Shown: piece by piece, positions 30,341 to 45,600 of the stretch
How positions within the stretch are numbered: the stretch's first letter is position 1
Layout of the letters: every line of letters begins with the position of its first letter
Assembly: GCF_009914755.1 (NCBI RefSeq)
Contig: NC_060925.1
Source: the human T2T-CHM13v2.0 reference genome, Homo sapiens
DNA: 64,000 bases
Reading direction: 5' to 3' (one strand)
The notes under the pieces: generated by a model
The model's database searches: none
The model's input: the letters and a program-made list of their open reading frames with translations, nothing else
Told to the model about the DNA's origin: nothing
Program-made: the position numbers and the translations under genes

Positions 30341-31601
30341 TCCTTCTGTATCTTTTTAATTTTGAATGATGTCATGTATACCTGCTCAAAACATCAAAAC
30401 CACTTAAATTTTTAAAAGACAAAAATACCTGCTCGTTTTCCCCTTGCTTTAAATTGCATGAGTGTTTACAATGATTACACAAGAAATAGAAAAAGAAAAA
30501 AACAGGTAAGCCAGATAAAACCAATGTAAAACCCACCCAAATGAATCCCCCTCCCTGAGAGAATTACGGTTAACATCGGCTCTATATCCTTCCCAACTTT
30601 TTCTTATGAGATTTTCTCTTCTTATGAGATTGGTTTTTAACGACAACAGGATGCGACCATATGTGGTTTTCAAATGCATTTTTTCCACCTAACAATATAC
30701 GGCAGCATCCTCCCGAGCAGGTGACACAGCAGGTGGCTGCAGGGCCACTGGTTTGATGGGTCCTCCACTGTCAGCGCAGAGTCCTTGCAATCTAAACAAG
30801 ACTGTGAACACCTTCGTACCCTCACATTTGCATATGTGTCCAGGTATCCCTCTGGGATACCCAGATTGGGTTTCTGGATCAAGTGTGCAGATGTAGAAAA
30901 GGCTTTTGTGCCCCTCTAAAGAGCCATGTGTGACGTGTTGGAGAGAACGCTCTCTGGCATTCTCTACCACAGGCTCCCAGTTGCCCAGGGAGCCAAGGAA
31001 AAGCAGGGTCCTGGGCCCTTACTCCAGCTCCTGCAGCAACAATGTTTTGTGCCTTAGTTTCCTCATTAGTCAAAAGATTGCCTCCGTTGGGTGCAGGAAG
31101 ACTCCGCTATAAATACTGTTCTTCCTCACCAGTGGCCCTCTACCTTCCCCAAGGAGCAAGGGTTGGGAGATCAGGCTCATCTGAGAAATGGGCCAGACAC
31201 TTCTTCTCCAAAAGGGTAGACAGAGGTCTCACCTGGTGGGTGATAAGCCCTGGAGAACAAGGCCACGTGCTAGGGTAGAGTAAGGCTGAATAGCATCCCC
31301 CCGACACCTCCAGCCCCCCTGTGCCAAGCTCCATCACACCTCCAAGGCATGGGCTGCATTCTCTGCCCAACAGGTTCTACACCCCTTCCCCTTTGTCCTT
31401 TTCCTCTCTCTCTCCCTTACCTAATGTGACTTCAGGACCCAGCTTATAACCCCCTCCAGGAGGCTGACCCGACTCCTTGGTCAGGGTCAAGTGCCACTAT
31501 TCTGTACTACAAAGGCTCTGGGCCACTTGGTATTGAGGTTACTGATCCCCTGCTGGTCTCCTCTGCTTAACTCATCTTTCTTTTCTCTCTCTCCTTCTGT
31601 C

Positions 31602-31903
31602 TTTTTTTTTTTTGAGATAAGATCTCGCTGTGTGCCCAGGCTGGAGCACAGGGGTGCAACAACAGCTCTCTCGACCTCCTAGGCTCAAGGGATCCTCCTG
31701 CCTTAGCCTCCCAAGTAGCTGGGATTATAGGTGCATGCCACCACACCTGGCTAATTTTTCTATTTTTTTTTTTTTTTTTTTTTTGTAGAGACAAGGTCTC
31801 ACTATGTTGCCCAGATTGGTCTCAAACTCCTGGGCTGAAGCGATCCTCTCGCCTCAGACTCCCAAAGTGCTGGCATTACAGGTGTGAGCCACTGCGCCCG
31901 GCC
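31602..31903 (-). mobile_element. AluJ-type element
   Basis: Dimeric Alu with expanded middle T-tract. Confidence 0.88.
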
Positions 31904-34900
31904 CTCATCTCTTTCAAGATCAGGCCCATCTATGGGTCACAGCTGCAACTCCAGTGCCCAGCACAGAGCCTGGCACATAGGAGGCCCCATAAATATTCAC
32001 TGGATTAAAAAGGCCCAGTAAGTGTCATCTCCAGGGCCTTCTCTAGGAGATCCAATCTAGGCCAATGCAGCCCTGTCGCCTTAGATATGGCCACCCTGCC
32101 AGCCCCTCCCTGCCAGCCTCAGTTTCCCCAAACAACCTCCACAGTCCAGGCCAACTCTGCTACTCTCTTCTCTGCACCTTGAAGCCTGGGCCTACCTTGC
32201 ATGGAGCAGATGATGGGAAAGTTGGTGTCCACGGCTCTCCATCCCTGGGACATTGTCTTTCTGCCTAGGCCTGGCCAAGCCCCCATGGACCCTCCACCCC
32301 ATCCCCATCCCGTGTCTGCTGGCTCTTGCTTAAGTGGAAGCCAGCAGGGGGTCTGGGCAGCAGGTCTTTGGGCACTCAGGTCAAGAGGCAGGAGGCCCAG
32401 GGGGTCTGTGCCCAGGAGAGTGTGGGGGCCCCCAGGCCCAGGGTTATGTTTACAGCTTTGAGAAAAACAGCAACTCCCAAGGCTATTTTGGAAACCTAAT
32501 ATGTACTTTGGGTCTCTCCACTGTTTATTCCAAGTGACTGTGCTGCCCTGGAGGTAAATGTAGGGCACCTCAGGGTAATCTCCCGCATACTTACTCACCC
32601 GCAGCCGCCCTGGAGCCAGCTGCCTGGGAGCCCAGATTTTCCTTATCATGTGCAGCCTGAAAAAATGAGGGGCTGGCAGCCAGGCAGAGCCCACCAGGCA
32701 AGAGTCAGCACACCTGGGTTGAAAGCAAGGCTCTGCGGCCTTAAGCCAAGTCACTTCTCTAGGGCTCAGTCTCCTCACCTGTAAAATGGGTGAGAATGAC
32801 CCCACCTGGATTCAATGAGGATGTGCAAACACAAACTGGCTGCAGGTGGGGCAAAAAAAAAAAAAAAAGCACAGAACACAGGATCCTAGGACATCAGACG
32901 GGGAAGTCCAGGTCATTCATAAATGAGAAGTCTGAAGCTCAGAGGTGGGAGGTGATATGTCCAAGGTCCCACACAGGCAGCGGCTGGCTCAGTGCAACTC
33001 CAGAGACTAGGAGCTGCCTGCCATGCCGCTGGTAAGGGGAGGAGAACATTCCAGAGCAATCTCCAGGAGGGAGGAGGGAAGAGTGACAAGGACCCAGCTA
33101 ACAAAAGACACGTGGGGCTTGTGCAACCAAGGATGGGTAACAGGGCAACGGTCACCTGTCTGTGCAGAGCCGTCATGGTCCTCACTGGCTGGGAAGGGGC
33201 AGGTTCCAGCGCAGCTGAGGCAGGTAATTAGACTGCAAACACGCGCACCAAAAGAATTAGTGACTAAATACAGCTCAAGGGGATGGACTCATTACTTAAT
33301 CCCAGGCTCCTGTCATCATGGCGGGCCCTGGCATTCCACCTGATGTGAACCACTGGGGAGTGTGGAGGCTGAGCACCAGGCAACCCCACAACACACAAAC
33401 AAGAGTGTTCCTCCCAACTACCCATGGGGCTGGAGAGAGAAGTCAGTCCCCTTAAGATGAGACGGGGAATGAAATGGAGCAAAGCCTCCCAGGGACCCTT
33501 CCATGACTGCAAAGCCCCTCGGAGGGCATCTTTATTGGAGCTTGTCATCTCCTCACCCTCATTCTGCTGATGGGGAAAGTGAGGCTCACCAAGGTGCAGT
33601 GACTCATCCAGGGTCACATAATCATAACAGCATTATGGAGGCTCCCAACGGCCTGGCCCAGCCGCCACTGGAGGGCAGAGCCTTGGGGCTCTCAGATGGA
33701 TGGAGGGTCCTCCGAGGGGAATCCCTCAAGCGCTGCCCAGATGCTGCCGAGCACCCCACACATGGGATGCAGAGGGTCACTAGCCCCAGCTATGCAAAAG
33801 AACCGGCACCAGCACAGCCTCTCTTCTCAACTCCAACCCAGCGGGGGCTCTCTTCCCCCTGAGATTTGGGCCTCCAGCCACAGGATTCCCAGCCCGGACT
33901 CAGCAAAAAGCCAAAAAGGAGATGGTCCAGGCCAGCATGGCGAGAAGAAGCCGGCTTGGGGCAAAGTGGGAGGCCACTTGCAGCCACCCCCTGTCCCTTA
34001 TCCCAAAACACTTTGACGTCAGGCAGAGCTGGGATGGGCGTCCAACTCAGCCGCTCCGCAGCTGGTGATCTGCTAAAGCGACTTTACCTCTCTGAGCCTC
34101 AGTTTCCTCATCTGTAAAATGGGAATAACAATAGTACCTACACCTCCCTGGATGGTGAAGACCCCATAAGATCATAAACACCAGTGCGTAACATTATTTT
34201 GCTCCTCCTAGTGAGCAAGCCCCACCTCCAGCTGCTGGGAAGGCTGGGAGGGAGGCTACTGGGAGGGCTGCTACAGCGTCCAGGGCCCCGGGCTTGGCTG
34301 AGCTGCACCATGCTTCCCCTTAGAGGCTCTGTCTCTGGGTTCCCTCTCCCATGCTGGGACTGGGGAACTGTCTGGTATCCAGAGTGACCAAGTGCCCAGC
34401 ACACCGTAGGCCCTCAACCGCTACTGACTGGATGAATGAGCTTGTGAGCTGGAGCCACTGGGCGTAACCACCAGCAGGCCGCGGGGGAAGCCCAGCTCTG
34501 CCTGTGCTGACTTACTGTGTGGCCTTGAGCCCATCCCTGCACCTCTCTAGACCTTCTGCACAAGGAAGCTCCGACCACACCAGGGACTGAGACTCCCCCA
34601 CCTCACACCTAGGGAGACCCTGCAGGGAGGGTGGCCAGAGGACAGCCTGCCCAGTGGGGAGCCCCTCCCAACTGGCCTGGCCCCCCAGGGACAGACAGCA
34701 GGGGCCACGCCCACCCCTGCAGGCCCTCAAAGGCAGTAGGCAGTCTCCTCCTGGTGATTTTGCCTTGGGACAGATGGGACACAGTGTGGTATCTGTCAGG
34801 CCAGATGGCCTGGTTGGCCCCAGGGGCCGGGACACCAGCTGGGAGTCCAGCCCTGGCAGGCAACACTGCTTAACCCCTTCTTGCCCCAGCCACAGGAGCT

Positions 34901-36427
34901 AGTGTCCCCCTGGCAACTTAATTACTGGTGTACACTCAGGCCTCCTGTCCTCTCCCCTTGGAGGTGAGGGGCCTCCCTGGCACCTCTAGGGCCAAAAGGG
35001 AGGCTGGGAGGCTGTGGGAGAGAGGAAGCCACAGGGTGGGTGGGAGCGGAGAAGATGCCACTGCTTGGCCCTGAGGGCAGCCCAGGACCGCCAGGAATCT
35101 GCCAACCCAGGGAACCAGCAGGCAGGAGCACTGATTCCAGGCCAGGGAGCCCTCTGGGGCCACATGGGGCTGGCTGTTCTGCTTCCAGGACATCTGTCTG
35201 CGGCAGGGACCACCAGGCCAGAGGCCACCGGCCACCTTTATCAAGCCCCCTGCCCAAACCATAGAAACAGCATTGCCACATGAAGGAGGACACCCAACTC
35301 GGACAGGCTGGCTGAATGGCTGTGGACATGTTGCTCAACCTCTCTGGGCCTCAGTTTCCCCATCAGGAAAGATGGGACCAGAGTGATCCCTGGGATTCAG
35401 GCCACTTCTAGCTCAGAGGGCTCCCTGACTCCTAGAAAAGGAATGTGCCTCCCTCCCAGAAACTTGTGGGATACTACAGGGACCAGCCAGATCTTTTCTG
35501 CATGAAGATTGTGTCTCAACTTGTATCTGAGTCAAGGCACAGTCTCTCAGGAAGTGGAGAAAAGGGAGATTGTAGGTGGGAAGAGGGTACGCAGCAAGGT
35601 AATGGTGCTGCCTTGAGAACCACCAGGCAATTGATATCCAACCACTTTCCTCCTCTGTGAAAGGCTAAACAAAGGGGGAAATGAAGCAGTAGGGATCATG
35701 GTTAGACACCAGGAAGCACTTCCCAATGGAAAAGGCCACAAGGACACTGGACGGCCCGTCTCAGAAAGGGTTCTGGAATGTGCTTCCTAGGCAGTAAGAT
35801 CTTCAGGCAGGATTTGCAGTGGTCCTAGCCCCAAGATGAGGAAGAAACAGATGACCTCTGGAGACCCTTGGAGGAAAAGAAGCCAGTGTCCAGTAGGGTA
35901 AAGTAAACAGGGCCTTGGAGTCTCTCCCCTCAGGGGCTCAGCCAACCTGCTGTTCCAGATGCGGGAGGGTGTCATCTCAGGGCAGAGCATAGCCAAGCTT
36001 GGCCCCAGTCTGGGGCCTGCATGCTGGTTCAGTAGACACCTCTAGAAGTCTCTCAGAACAGAGGCTGCCAGCAACTCCCGAAAAGCCAAGAACCCATGAA
36101 AACAGCAGAGGAGGAAGAGCTAGGTAAGGGAGCTGCCGGCCAGGAGTGAGAGCTGTCTGTTGACACAGCAGAGAAGCAGAAACTTGGGGCTGGGACCTAC
36201 AGACCTGACTTTGAGCCCTAGCTCCGCCACTCGCCCCGTGCAACTTTGGGCAAGTCACTGCCCCTCTCTGACAAAAGGGAGAGAAAATATCTAACCAATC
36301 TCTAAGGACTCTTCCAGCCCTGATTTAACAGTTCCTTGGCAAGCTCCCCAGATTCTGCAAGCTCCCAGTTCATGCAGCATCATCCCCAAAGCCCAAGCAT
36401 AGGGACTGAGCACCGTGGCCCAGAAAA

Positions 36428-36524
36428 GGATGGATGGATGGACAGACTGATGGACAAACGGATGGATGGATGGATGGATGGATGGATGGATGGATGGATG
36501 GACAGACGGACGGACAGACGGATG
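36428..36524 (+). repeat. (GGAT)n/(GGAC)n microsatellite
   Basis: Direct observation. Confidence 0.9.
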
Positions 36525-37997
36525 GAAGAATAAATGATCAAGTAGGGTAATCCTGGCAAAGAAGAGCAGAAGGTCCTAGGTGTCCCCTGGGATGACTCTT
36601 TACACCTGCCCACAAGGCCTCCCTGGAATCACTTGCCAGTGATACAGACCCTCCAGTATCCAAATCCCTTCTTTAACTTGTACGTACACGTGCAAATACC
36701 TAAACATGCAGATACAAATACGCAACACGTGCTCAAAGCAGTGACCCAACTCTGAATCCTGACAAGAGAAAGCTCCAAGTCCCCCCCAAAAGCCATGAGG
36801 TTTATCTGCTCCAGTCTGATTCCAGGGTATCTTGGCTTTTAGAATTCCCTTTCCAAAGCTGGGTGCAACACGAGACTCTAGTGGTGGAACCCAGTGGTGA
36901 TCTTGGAAGCCAAAGAGACCTGAGGTCACATGCCCACTCTGCCACTCTCTAGCTTTGACAAGGAACAAGTCATTTCACCTGGCACGACTCAAAGTTTTCT
37001 CATCTGTACAATGGACATACCCACAGCCACCTTGCTGGAGTGGTGCGATGTTCCAGAGAACACATGTGTGCGGCTTCAAACACTGCAGTGGGCATACAGA
37101 GTGCTCTCGGGAAGTGAGCAAGATGGCGATAGAATTATGAGATCTTGGCTCCCTTCTTGGAGGGGCTGAGCGCAAGCCAAGCCTCCCAAGGCTTCTCTGT
37201 TTGGGCCCTGCAATCCCTTCCACCTCGTTTCCCACCTTGGGGGGTGATGTGCTTGGACTTAAACCGGGCAGAAGCTACAAAGCAGCCTTTGTCTCACAGA
37301 TGAAACCCTAAACCAGCTGCCCTGACGTCAACTCTGGAAAAACAATGCCAAGCCAGCCTTCAACGTCACTCCTCTGCCAAGGTCTGGGATTGGGCCCTTC
37401 ACCCACAAGGCCTCGCAAGGCAGTCTATGAAAACACAGAAACCATCTACCCATCGCCTACAGGGGCCCAGAAGGAGGAACGGCTGCCTTGCTGCTGCTGG
37501 GTGCAGGGCAGGGCTTGAACCCCTGTCTTCCAATTCCCCTATCTCAGCCTGCCAGAATGAGCTTGCATGTGTGGCAGAGAGTACTTTGGGTAACAGTCTG
37601 CAAGAGGCAGGTTCGAATCCTGATCCTGGCCCTACCTCATAGTGAGACCTCAGACCAGCAATGTGACCCCCTGAGGCTGCTTCCAAATCCACACAACGGG
37701 GAGGCTGAGACAGTCCATGATCCCCAGGGAGGCGGGGACAGGGAAAGATTCCCCCATTCATGTCCACATTCCATCAGGCCCTCCTAGGAGCCACAGGCTC
37801 CAGGTGACACCCTGCACTGGACACAGCCTTGAATGCCAGGTCTTGCCTTCCCAGTCACCCTGTGCTGACAGTCTGCTCGAGAAGAGAGGGGACATGACCT
37901 CCTCCTGGCTGCCCAGGCGGCTCTACCGGGGAGAGGAAGTGCTCAGAACACAAAAGGCCAGTCTTCAGCCAAAGCGGGAGGGAGCAGGCAGTTCTCA

Positions 37998-38254
37998 CTG
38001 TGCCGCGTTTTCCTTTTGTATGAGATGGGATGGGATGATGAGAACCACAGGGTGTTGGTGAGCCTGACCCAGGAAAGGCTGCCCTGTCTCCTTATCTCCG
38101 GGGTAAGCCCTGGAGCTGGAAGGCTTGAGAACCTTGCCTAGAATGTTGGAGTTGGGTGAACCATAGAGGCTGATCCTTCATTCCCCCACAAAGACTATGT
38201 TTCCAGAGCTCCTTGTCTGGGGATGTGGCCTGACAAATAGTACTTTGGCATTTG
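37998..38254 (+). repeat. Left arm of a ~257-bp non-Alu inverted duplication
   Basis: Hand alignment to the reverse complement of 39305-39560: 17 substitutions + 1 gap. Confidence 0.97.
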
Positions 38255-38705
38255 TTCACATTTTTATGTGTACAAATTGGGGCCTGGGGGCTGGTGGGAG
38301 CCAGGCCAGGGCAGGAGGGAGGGAGCGGTAACAGCTGAGGGGCCAGCAGCACACGTAGCACTCTGCAGGCAACATCAAATCCTCGCAACCTCATCAGCTA
38401 AGATTGTCATCCCCATTTTACAGATGAGAGAACTGAGGCTCAGAGCAGTAACACAACTCCAAGCAGTGTCACCTCAGAGCCAGAGTTCCCACCCAAGAGA
38501 AGGCCCAAATCACGGGCCAACAGGAAACATGAAGCAAGAGCAAATGAAGCAATTTCTTTTTAATTCCCCACAATTGAATTATGTCTTAGGGCTCAGAAAA
38601 GGAATAACCTACAAGTTGGAGGTCCCTCAACTTGGCATCAGGTTAATTCTGGCTCTGCCAGCAGTAGCTTGCTGAGTTCAGGCCATCAGTCTCCAAGTCA
38701 GATAA

Positions 38706-39280
<575 letters not shown>

Positions 39281-39304
39281 TGTCTTTCCATATAAAAACA
39301 TGTG

Positions 39305-39560
39305 CAAATCCCAAAGTACTATTTGTCAGGCCACATGCCCAGACAAGGAGCCCTGGAAACATGGTCTTTATGGGGAATGAAAGATCAGCCTCTACGGTTC
39401 ACCCAACTCCAACATTCTAGGCAAAGTTCTCAAGACTTCCAGCTCCAGGGCTTAACCCAGAGATAAGGAGACAGGGCAGCCTTTCCTGAATCAGGCTCAC
39501 CAACACCCTGTGGGTATCATCATCCCATCCCATCCCATACAAAAGGAAAACGAGGCACAG
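39305..39560 (-). repeat. Right arm of the ~257-bp non-Alu inverted duplication
   Basis: Reverse complement of 37998-38254. Confidence 0.97.
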
Positions 39561-42269
39561 AGAAATGGTGCAGCCAAGCACAGGGCTGGCAGATCGGGAA
39601 GGCAGATCAGTGTCAGCATCCCAAGACCTCAAAACCAGGCCAGAGGCTGGAGAAGTGCCTTTTGCGACATGGAGACAAACCCCACGGGCAACCTCAGATG
39701 TCTCTTTTGTAGGTGGAGGGAGCTTCATCCACAGCGCCAGGGACCCAGATGTCTGGTCAAGGAGCAGGGCCCTGTCTCTGCGGACCCCACTGTACAGGCT
39801 CCGAGTCATGCCTTTGGCAGTTGCTTCTCTGCTCCAAGTGCTCTGTCCTCTGGGAGTTTTCCAAACCCCTCCTGAAAGTGCCAGCAGCCCCCAGAGGGAG
39901 CCCTGAGCTCAAGGGTTTAAGGGGAGTCCTGTGGAGGGGACAGGGTGAAAATACCTGGGTTCCGGCCCCTGCTCTGTTGCGTGACCTCAAGGTAGCTGCT
40001 CTCCTTCGCTGGGCCTCAGTTTTCTCATCTATAAAATGGTCGTGAATATGCAAATAGGGGTGAGAGAGAAATAGAAACCACTACAGAATGGCTGAAGGTC
40101 GCTTTGAAAGACAGAAGGCATAGCTAACTTGGTTGGGATGTCAGGGAATGATTTTGCCTGGAAGCAGGAGGATGGATGAGATGAGCTTGAAGGGTACCTC
40201 AAGTCCTCTGGGGCATCCAGGGGATGAGAGGAAGTCATAGGTGTGAGGGAGAAGGGACAGCCAGGGCGATCGGGGGCCGGGGCGGGGAGAGGTAAGGGGA
40301 GCAGCCAAGCCTCCCCCCAGCCCCAATTCCTGACCTGTGTCTAATCCTAGGCCCTGGACCATAATGGGGGATGGGGAGGCTGAGGGTCTCCAGTGGCCAG
40401 CATTGAGCTCCAAACCAGCAGCTTCTCTCTCACTAGGCAGCCTCCCTTGCCCCCCACCATGATGTCAAGACCCTACCCCCAGCCCCATAGTACAAGGGGT
40501 CTGCAGGGCCCGCCACAGGCAGGGCAATGACCTTAAGGGCTCCAAATCCAGAGGCTCCAGACCTGTGCTCACATGCGTGTATACACACACACACGTACAT
40601 ACATGCACACTCATGGGCTCACAAGGCCCCAGCAGTAAGAGCCACTCACCAGGGCCCAGCATCTGGCTGAGGGATGGGGGACAGGATGTCCCTCAGAGCC
40701 CTGCCCCAAGCAGGATGGGAGTGAGACAGCCAGCCATAAAGAGTAGAGATCAAAACAAGAAAGAAAGGAAAGAGGGAGAGGAAAGGAGAGCAAGACAGAA
40801 AATGAGAGCCAAGAAGAGCATGAGGAGGGAGGAGGGGACAAGACAGGGCAGAAGCAAGCACAGGACAGGCCAAGTTCTGGCAGTGCCAGGCTCAAGCCCG
40901 GGCACCAGGAGCAGCTCCACACTGTTCTGCACAGCAGCTCAACTCCAGGCCCTTGTACACGCTGTCCTCTCTATCTGGAACACCCTCTCTCCTTCTCTTC
41001 CACTCTTACTGAACCTTCCAGATACAACCTAGGTGATGTCACCTCCAGGAAACCTTTCTTGACTGGCCCTGAACTGGCTTGGGTACCTTCCAGAATCCCT
41101 GGGTTTTGGGCACCCTAGGGTCTCACCAGTGTCCCACCCAGACCTCCGAGACTCTCTGGTCGTGACTTTGCAACAAGCTTTCCCTAAATCTTCCACTACC
41201 ACCCCCCAAGATGGCCTTCTGCCTATTGCCACAGTGGGCCAGGAGCAAAACGGGGGTGCCAACGGGCCCTGGGAAGATGGGCTGACCCTATACAGAGAGG
41301 AGCCTGTCTGCTGGGGAACTTCACAAGATCTACTTAGACCAGTAGCTCTTCCCCTCCCCCAAGACAGCAAACAGGCGGCAGTGAGCCAAGAACCGTCTTA
41401 AATAACTCAAGTAATAAAGATAGCCAATTAAGAGGGCGGAAGGCGCTGTCTCCGCTGCAGGGGCCTCTCTCCATCGAGCAGCAGATGAGCAGGGTCTGTG
41501 TGAACACACATCCCAGAGTCGGAGCACGCAGGCCAGAGGGCGCTGAGCAAGCATCTCAGAGACAGCTCAGAGACAGGCCCCACCCCCAGCACAGCCACAT
41601 GGAGGGGCTTCTGCCAGGGCCAAGGCCCAAACGCCATTCGATTCCTGCCCAGCTCCTCTCCCCAGAACCCCCAGCCTTATTTAGTGATTTTTGCCACAGC
41701 AGCCAGAATCGGAGCACCATCATCGCACTTGCCATCCACGCAACATGACCATTCCCATTTCCAGATAAGAAACGGAGGCTCAGAGAGGCACAGTGACTCT
41801 CCCAAGGTCTCAGAGCTGACAGGCAGCAGAAATAAACCCTGCAGGTTCCTCTCTTCCCAGCTTTTGGGTTCCACACAAACGTTCTGCTCTAAGCTGTCTA
41901 ACATAGCAGGTTTCTGTCCAACCTCCCGTCCCAGGATCTAGGGGAGGTGTGAATGTAAAGGCAAGAGAGGACAAGGCATTGCATGGAGCTTCAAGGAGCT
42001 TCAGCCTGCATGGGAAGTTGGAAAAGAAACCGCAGTGTGGGTAGAGCTCAGGGCTCCCAAGGATTTGGTCCCCACAGGCACTCCGCTTGCCAGTTTACAA
42101 AGTGCTCCACGGGTATCATTTTAGACAGCCCTCCAAACAGCCTCATGAGGTCAGATTTATTACTTCCATTTCATAGAAGTGAAAACTGAGGCTCAAGCAG
42201 GGAAGCTACTTGCAATGGGCACGGCCCTTTCTGGTACTACACAGGTTTAAGGTTGGAACTGGAACCTGA

Positions 42270-42609
<340 letters not shown>

Positions 42610-45600
42610 CTGGGCTTGCCACTTTCAAGGTGTCTTGGCCCAGTTCCCTCCCCTGCCTCTGTGGCTCAGTTTTAGCATCTCTAAAATGGGCTAATGATAG
42701 CACCCAACTCACAGGGTTATTACAGCTTCCATGAATTAAATGTTTGCAAACCACTTTGAATGAAGCCTGGCAAAGAGTAAATGTTGTATAAATATTTAAT
42801 GAAATTCATTAACTAACACATGTTTATTGTGTTCCTACTATCCGCAAGCACTGTTGGAGAAGGTACTGGGCACATGCTGTTGTCACATGATGCTGCCACA
42901 TGGCATGACACATTTGTCTATGTCCCCAGATTCTGAGTTCTCGAGGGCAGGGGCCTGGCCCACGGTGGGTACTCAGCCACTGTTCTGAAACCACCACCAC
43001 TTTGGCTTCTCAGACATCCACACCCAGCAGTCTCATCTTCCCCAACAAGAGGCACCAAACGATTGTAACAACTTCCCTGTTCCCTGGCAAAGTTCACAGC
43101 ACTGACTGAAAGCAAAAGCTAGGGATACTCCAGCCCAGGGCGGAGGCGAGCTCCCAAACAGCCACCAGAATGCCCGAGGCCCTCTGCTGCTGGTGATCCG
43201 TGGATGAGAACCTCGGGCTGGCTGTGCCCTGAGGACACTCAGGGGCCGGGCAAGATAAATGGAGCATTAATTGAGAGCCTGAGATCCACAGCCTGCCCCA
43301 GCTTTGCTAGGCAACATTTCACAGAAATGAAAACTGAGGCTCACAGCAGGAAAGCGGCTTGCAATGGGCATGGCCCTTTCTGGGTACAGCACAGGATAAA
43401 GGTTGGATCTGGAGCCTGACTTCCAAGTTACTTCTCCTCTCTGAGCCTCGGTTTCCATCCTGCAGTGCCACCACCGGGTTTAAATGAGACCGCGTGGAAA
43501 TCACCAGACGGGTCATAATATGTGTTCCCTGTTCCCCAACTCCTCCCCTGCCAGCCCTGCCAGCCCCCATTGAGACCTTCTCCAAAGAGCAGGGGCCTGG
43601 ACAGGCCTGCTACAGTGGCCCGGGAGCCTCATCTGCCTGCTACTGCCAGTGATTCATTTGCTTCTCAAGAAATAATTTCTGTAAAGTGACAGCAGGGAGT
43701 CTTCCCAGCGCAGCAGCCGCCTCCTATTCTGCCACCCGCCATGGCAATATTGTGACAGGTGCTGGGGAGACCCCGTGCCTCCTGCCTGCCTCCTCACCCT
43801 GAGCCAGCCTTTGGCAACCTCCAGGGGCATGGGACAAGGCCACCTCCTGGGAGGAGCACTGACCTTGGGGTCCAGAGACCCAGACGGACTCGTGGCGAGA
43901 TCTGGGACAGAAGTCTTCACCTCTCTGAACCTCTCATTTGTAAAATGAGCATAATCACTTCCCACTGCTTGGGACTGCTCCCATAATTATCACATATTTA
44001 AAGAAGTCATCACTGCACCTAGCACAAAGTAGGTGCTCAATAAACGGAAGCATTAAGCCATATTGATTTATTTTCAAATCCTTTTGCAAAATGTTTTCCT
44101 ACTGCACTGTTTTAATTGACTTTTACCTCAACCCTGGGAAGCAGAACTCGTAAGAAACCACACCCCCATTGTACAGAGCGACAAACTGAGGTGCAAGAGA
44201 TTAAATGGCATGCACAGAGTTGTGCTACATTACGGAGAGAACGTAGTCTTCATAGGGTTGCTGGGCAAGCCCACCTTCCCACTGTCCCCATTCCCACGTG
44301 GGCATAGTGAAGCTCAGACCACATCGCAGGCAAACCCAGACCAGGACCTGGGCTCCACGGACCCTCCAGAGAACCAGGCATTGCCATTTGCCAGGTTTAC
44401 TGTTGGGTGAAAACTACCCTCTCTTGTACCAGGTCTAGAATGAGAAACCACATCCTGCTCAGGAAGCCAAGCACCCGGTGCCCAGTGTGGGTGGGAGGAC
44501 ACTCCCCTCGTGGGCAGGCGGCGGCAACATCACAAACCTTCAGCAGTCTCCCATCTGGCCTGGAATTTTCTAAACACCTCACAGTCTGGCAATGCTCAAA
44601 GGGCTGTGCAACTCACAGATGCTGCCAGCAAAGGGCACGGGACACCCTCTCCCAGTTTCCAGCTTGGTTCTCAACCTCTGCCCACCCCACAGGGCCAGCA
44701 CAGATCTGCCTCTGTAGGGCACCCACTCTCTGCCCTGTGAAATCATTCTGAACTTGACTGTTTACACGCCCTGTGCTGTAGCTAGGCGAGCCTGTCTACT
44801 TCTTCCACAACCTCCGGACACAGAGCTTAGCATCCCTGTTTTACAGATGAAGAAACTGAGGCTCGAGAGGCAGTGACTAGCCCAAGCTCACTCGGCTTTT
44901 AACTCCTGCCCTGGGGCCCCAGCACCCTGCACTGCCAGGCTTGGGGGTTCATTCAAACTTTGAACTTTGGCCCAGGCCTTCTGATTCCAAGTGCAGGCCC
45001 TCCCCTCCACAAACAGCCGAATCCCTGGACGTGGTCTGTGTTGTCCGTCTTCTGTCCCATCCTCCTGGAGGCCTACTAGCTCACAGCAGCCAGACACAGA
45101 GGCCTCCCTGCTGCATGAGTATTTACTCAGCATGGACCTTGGCCAGGTCCTGGCTGGGATCTGCCAGTGGGAGACGAAGCCAGAGTTGGAGCCGGCCCCC
45201 ACAGAGCTTCCAGTCGATGCAGGGGCAGACACATGCCAGGTAGTTACAACTCCGGGTGTGGGGGGCTGTGATCGGGAGGTGGTGGGTGCTTAGGACCGCC
45301 TGACAGCAGAAAGTCAGGAAAAAGCAACACATCCCTAATCCTGAGCACAGGGACATGACAGGGCTGCCTCCTTCCCGTCCCGGGCCTTCAGCCATCCGCG
45401 ACATAGGAAATAAATGGAATGCCAGCCGGCCTTCACCTCTCAATGCGATCAAAAGCCAGGACTGCAAATGCAAAGCCCACAGCCTCCGGTGTCACTGACA
45501 CATGGCACAGTTTAAATCAATTCTCCTGGAAGGCAACGCATCTCGTTGCAGCAAAGGGCGTGTTCAAATTCCGGGTCTACCCTTCTGTGTCCTTCAAACA

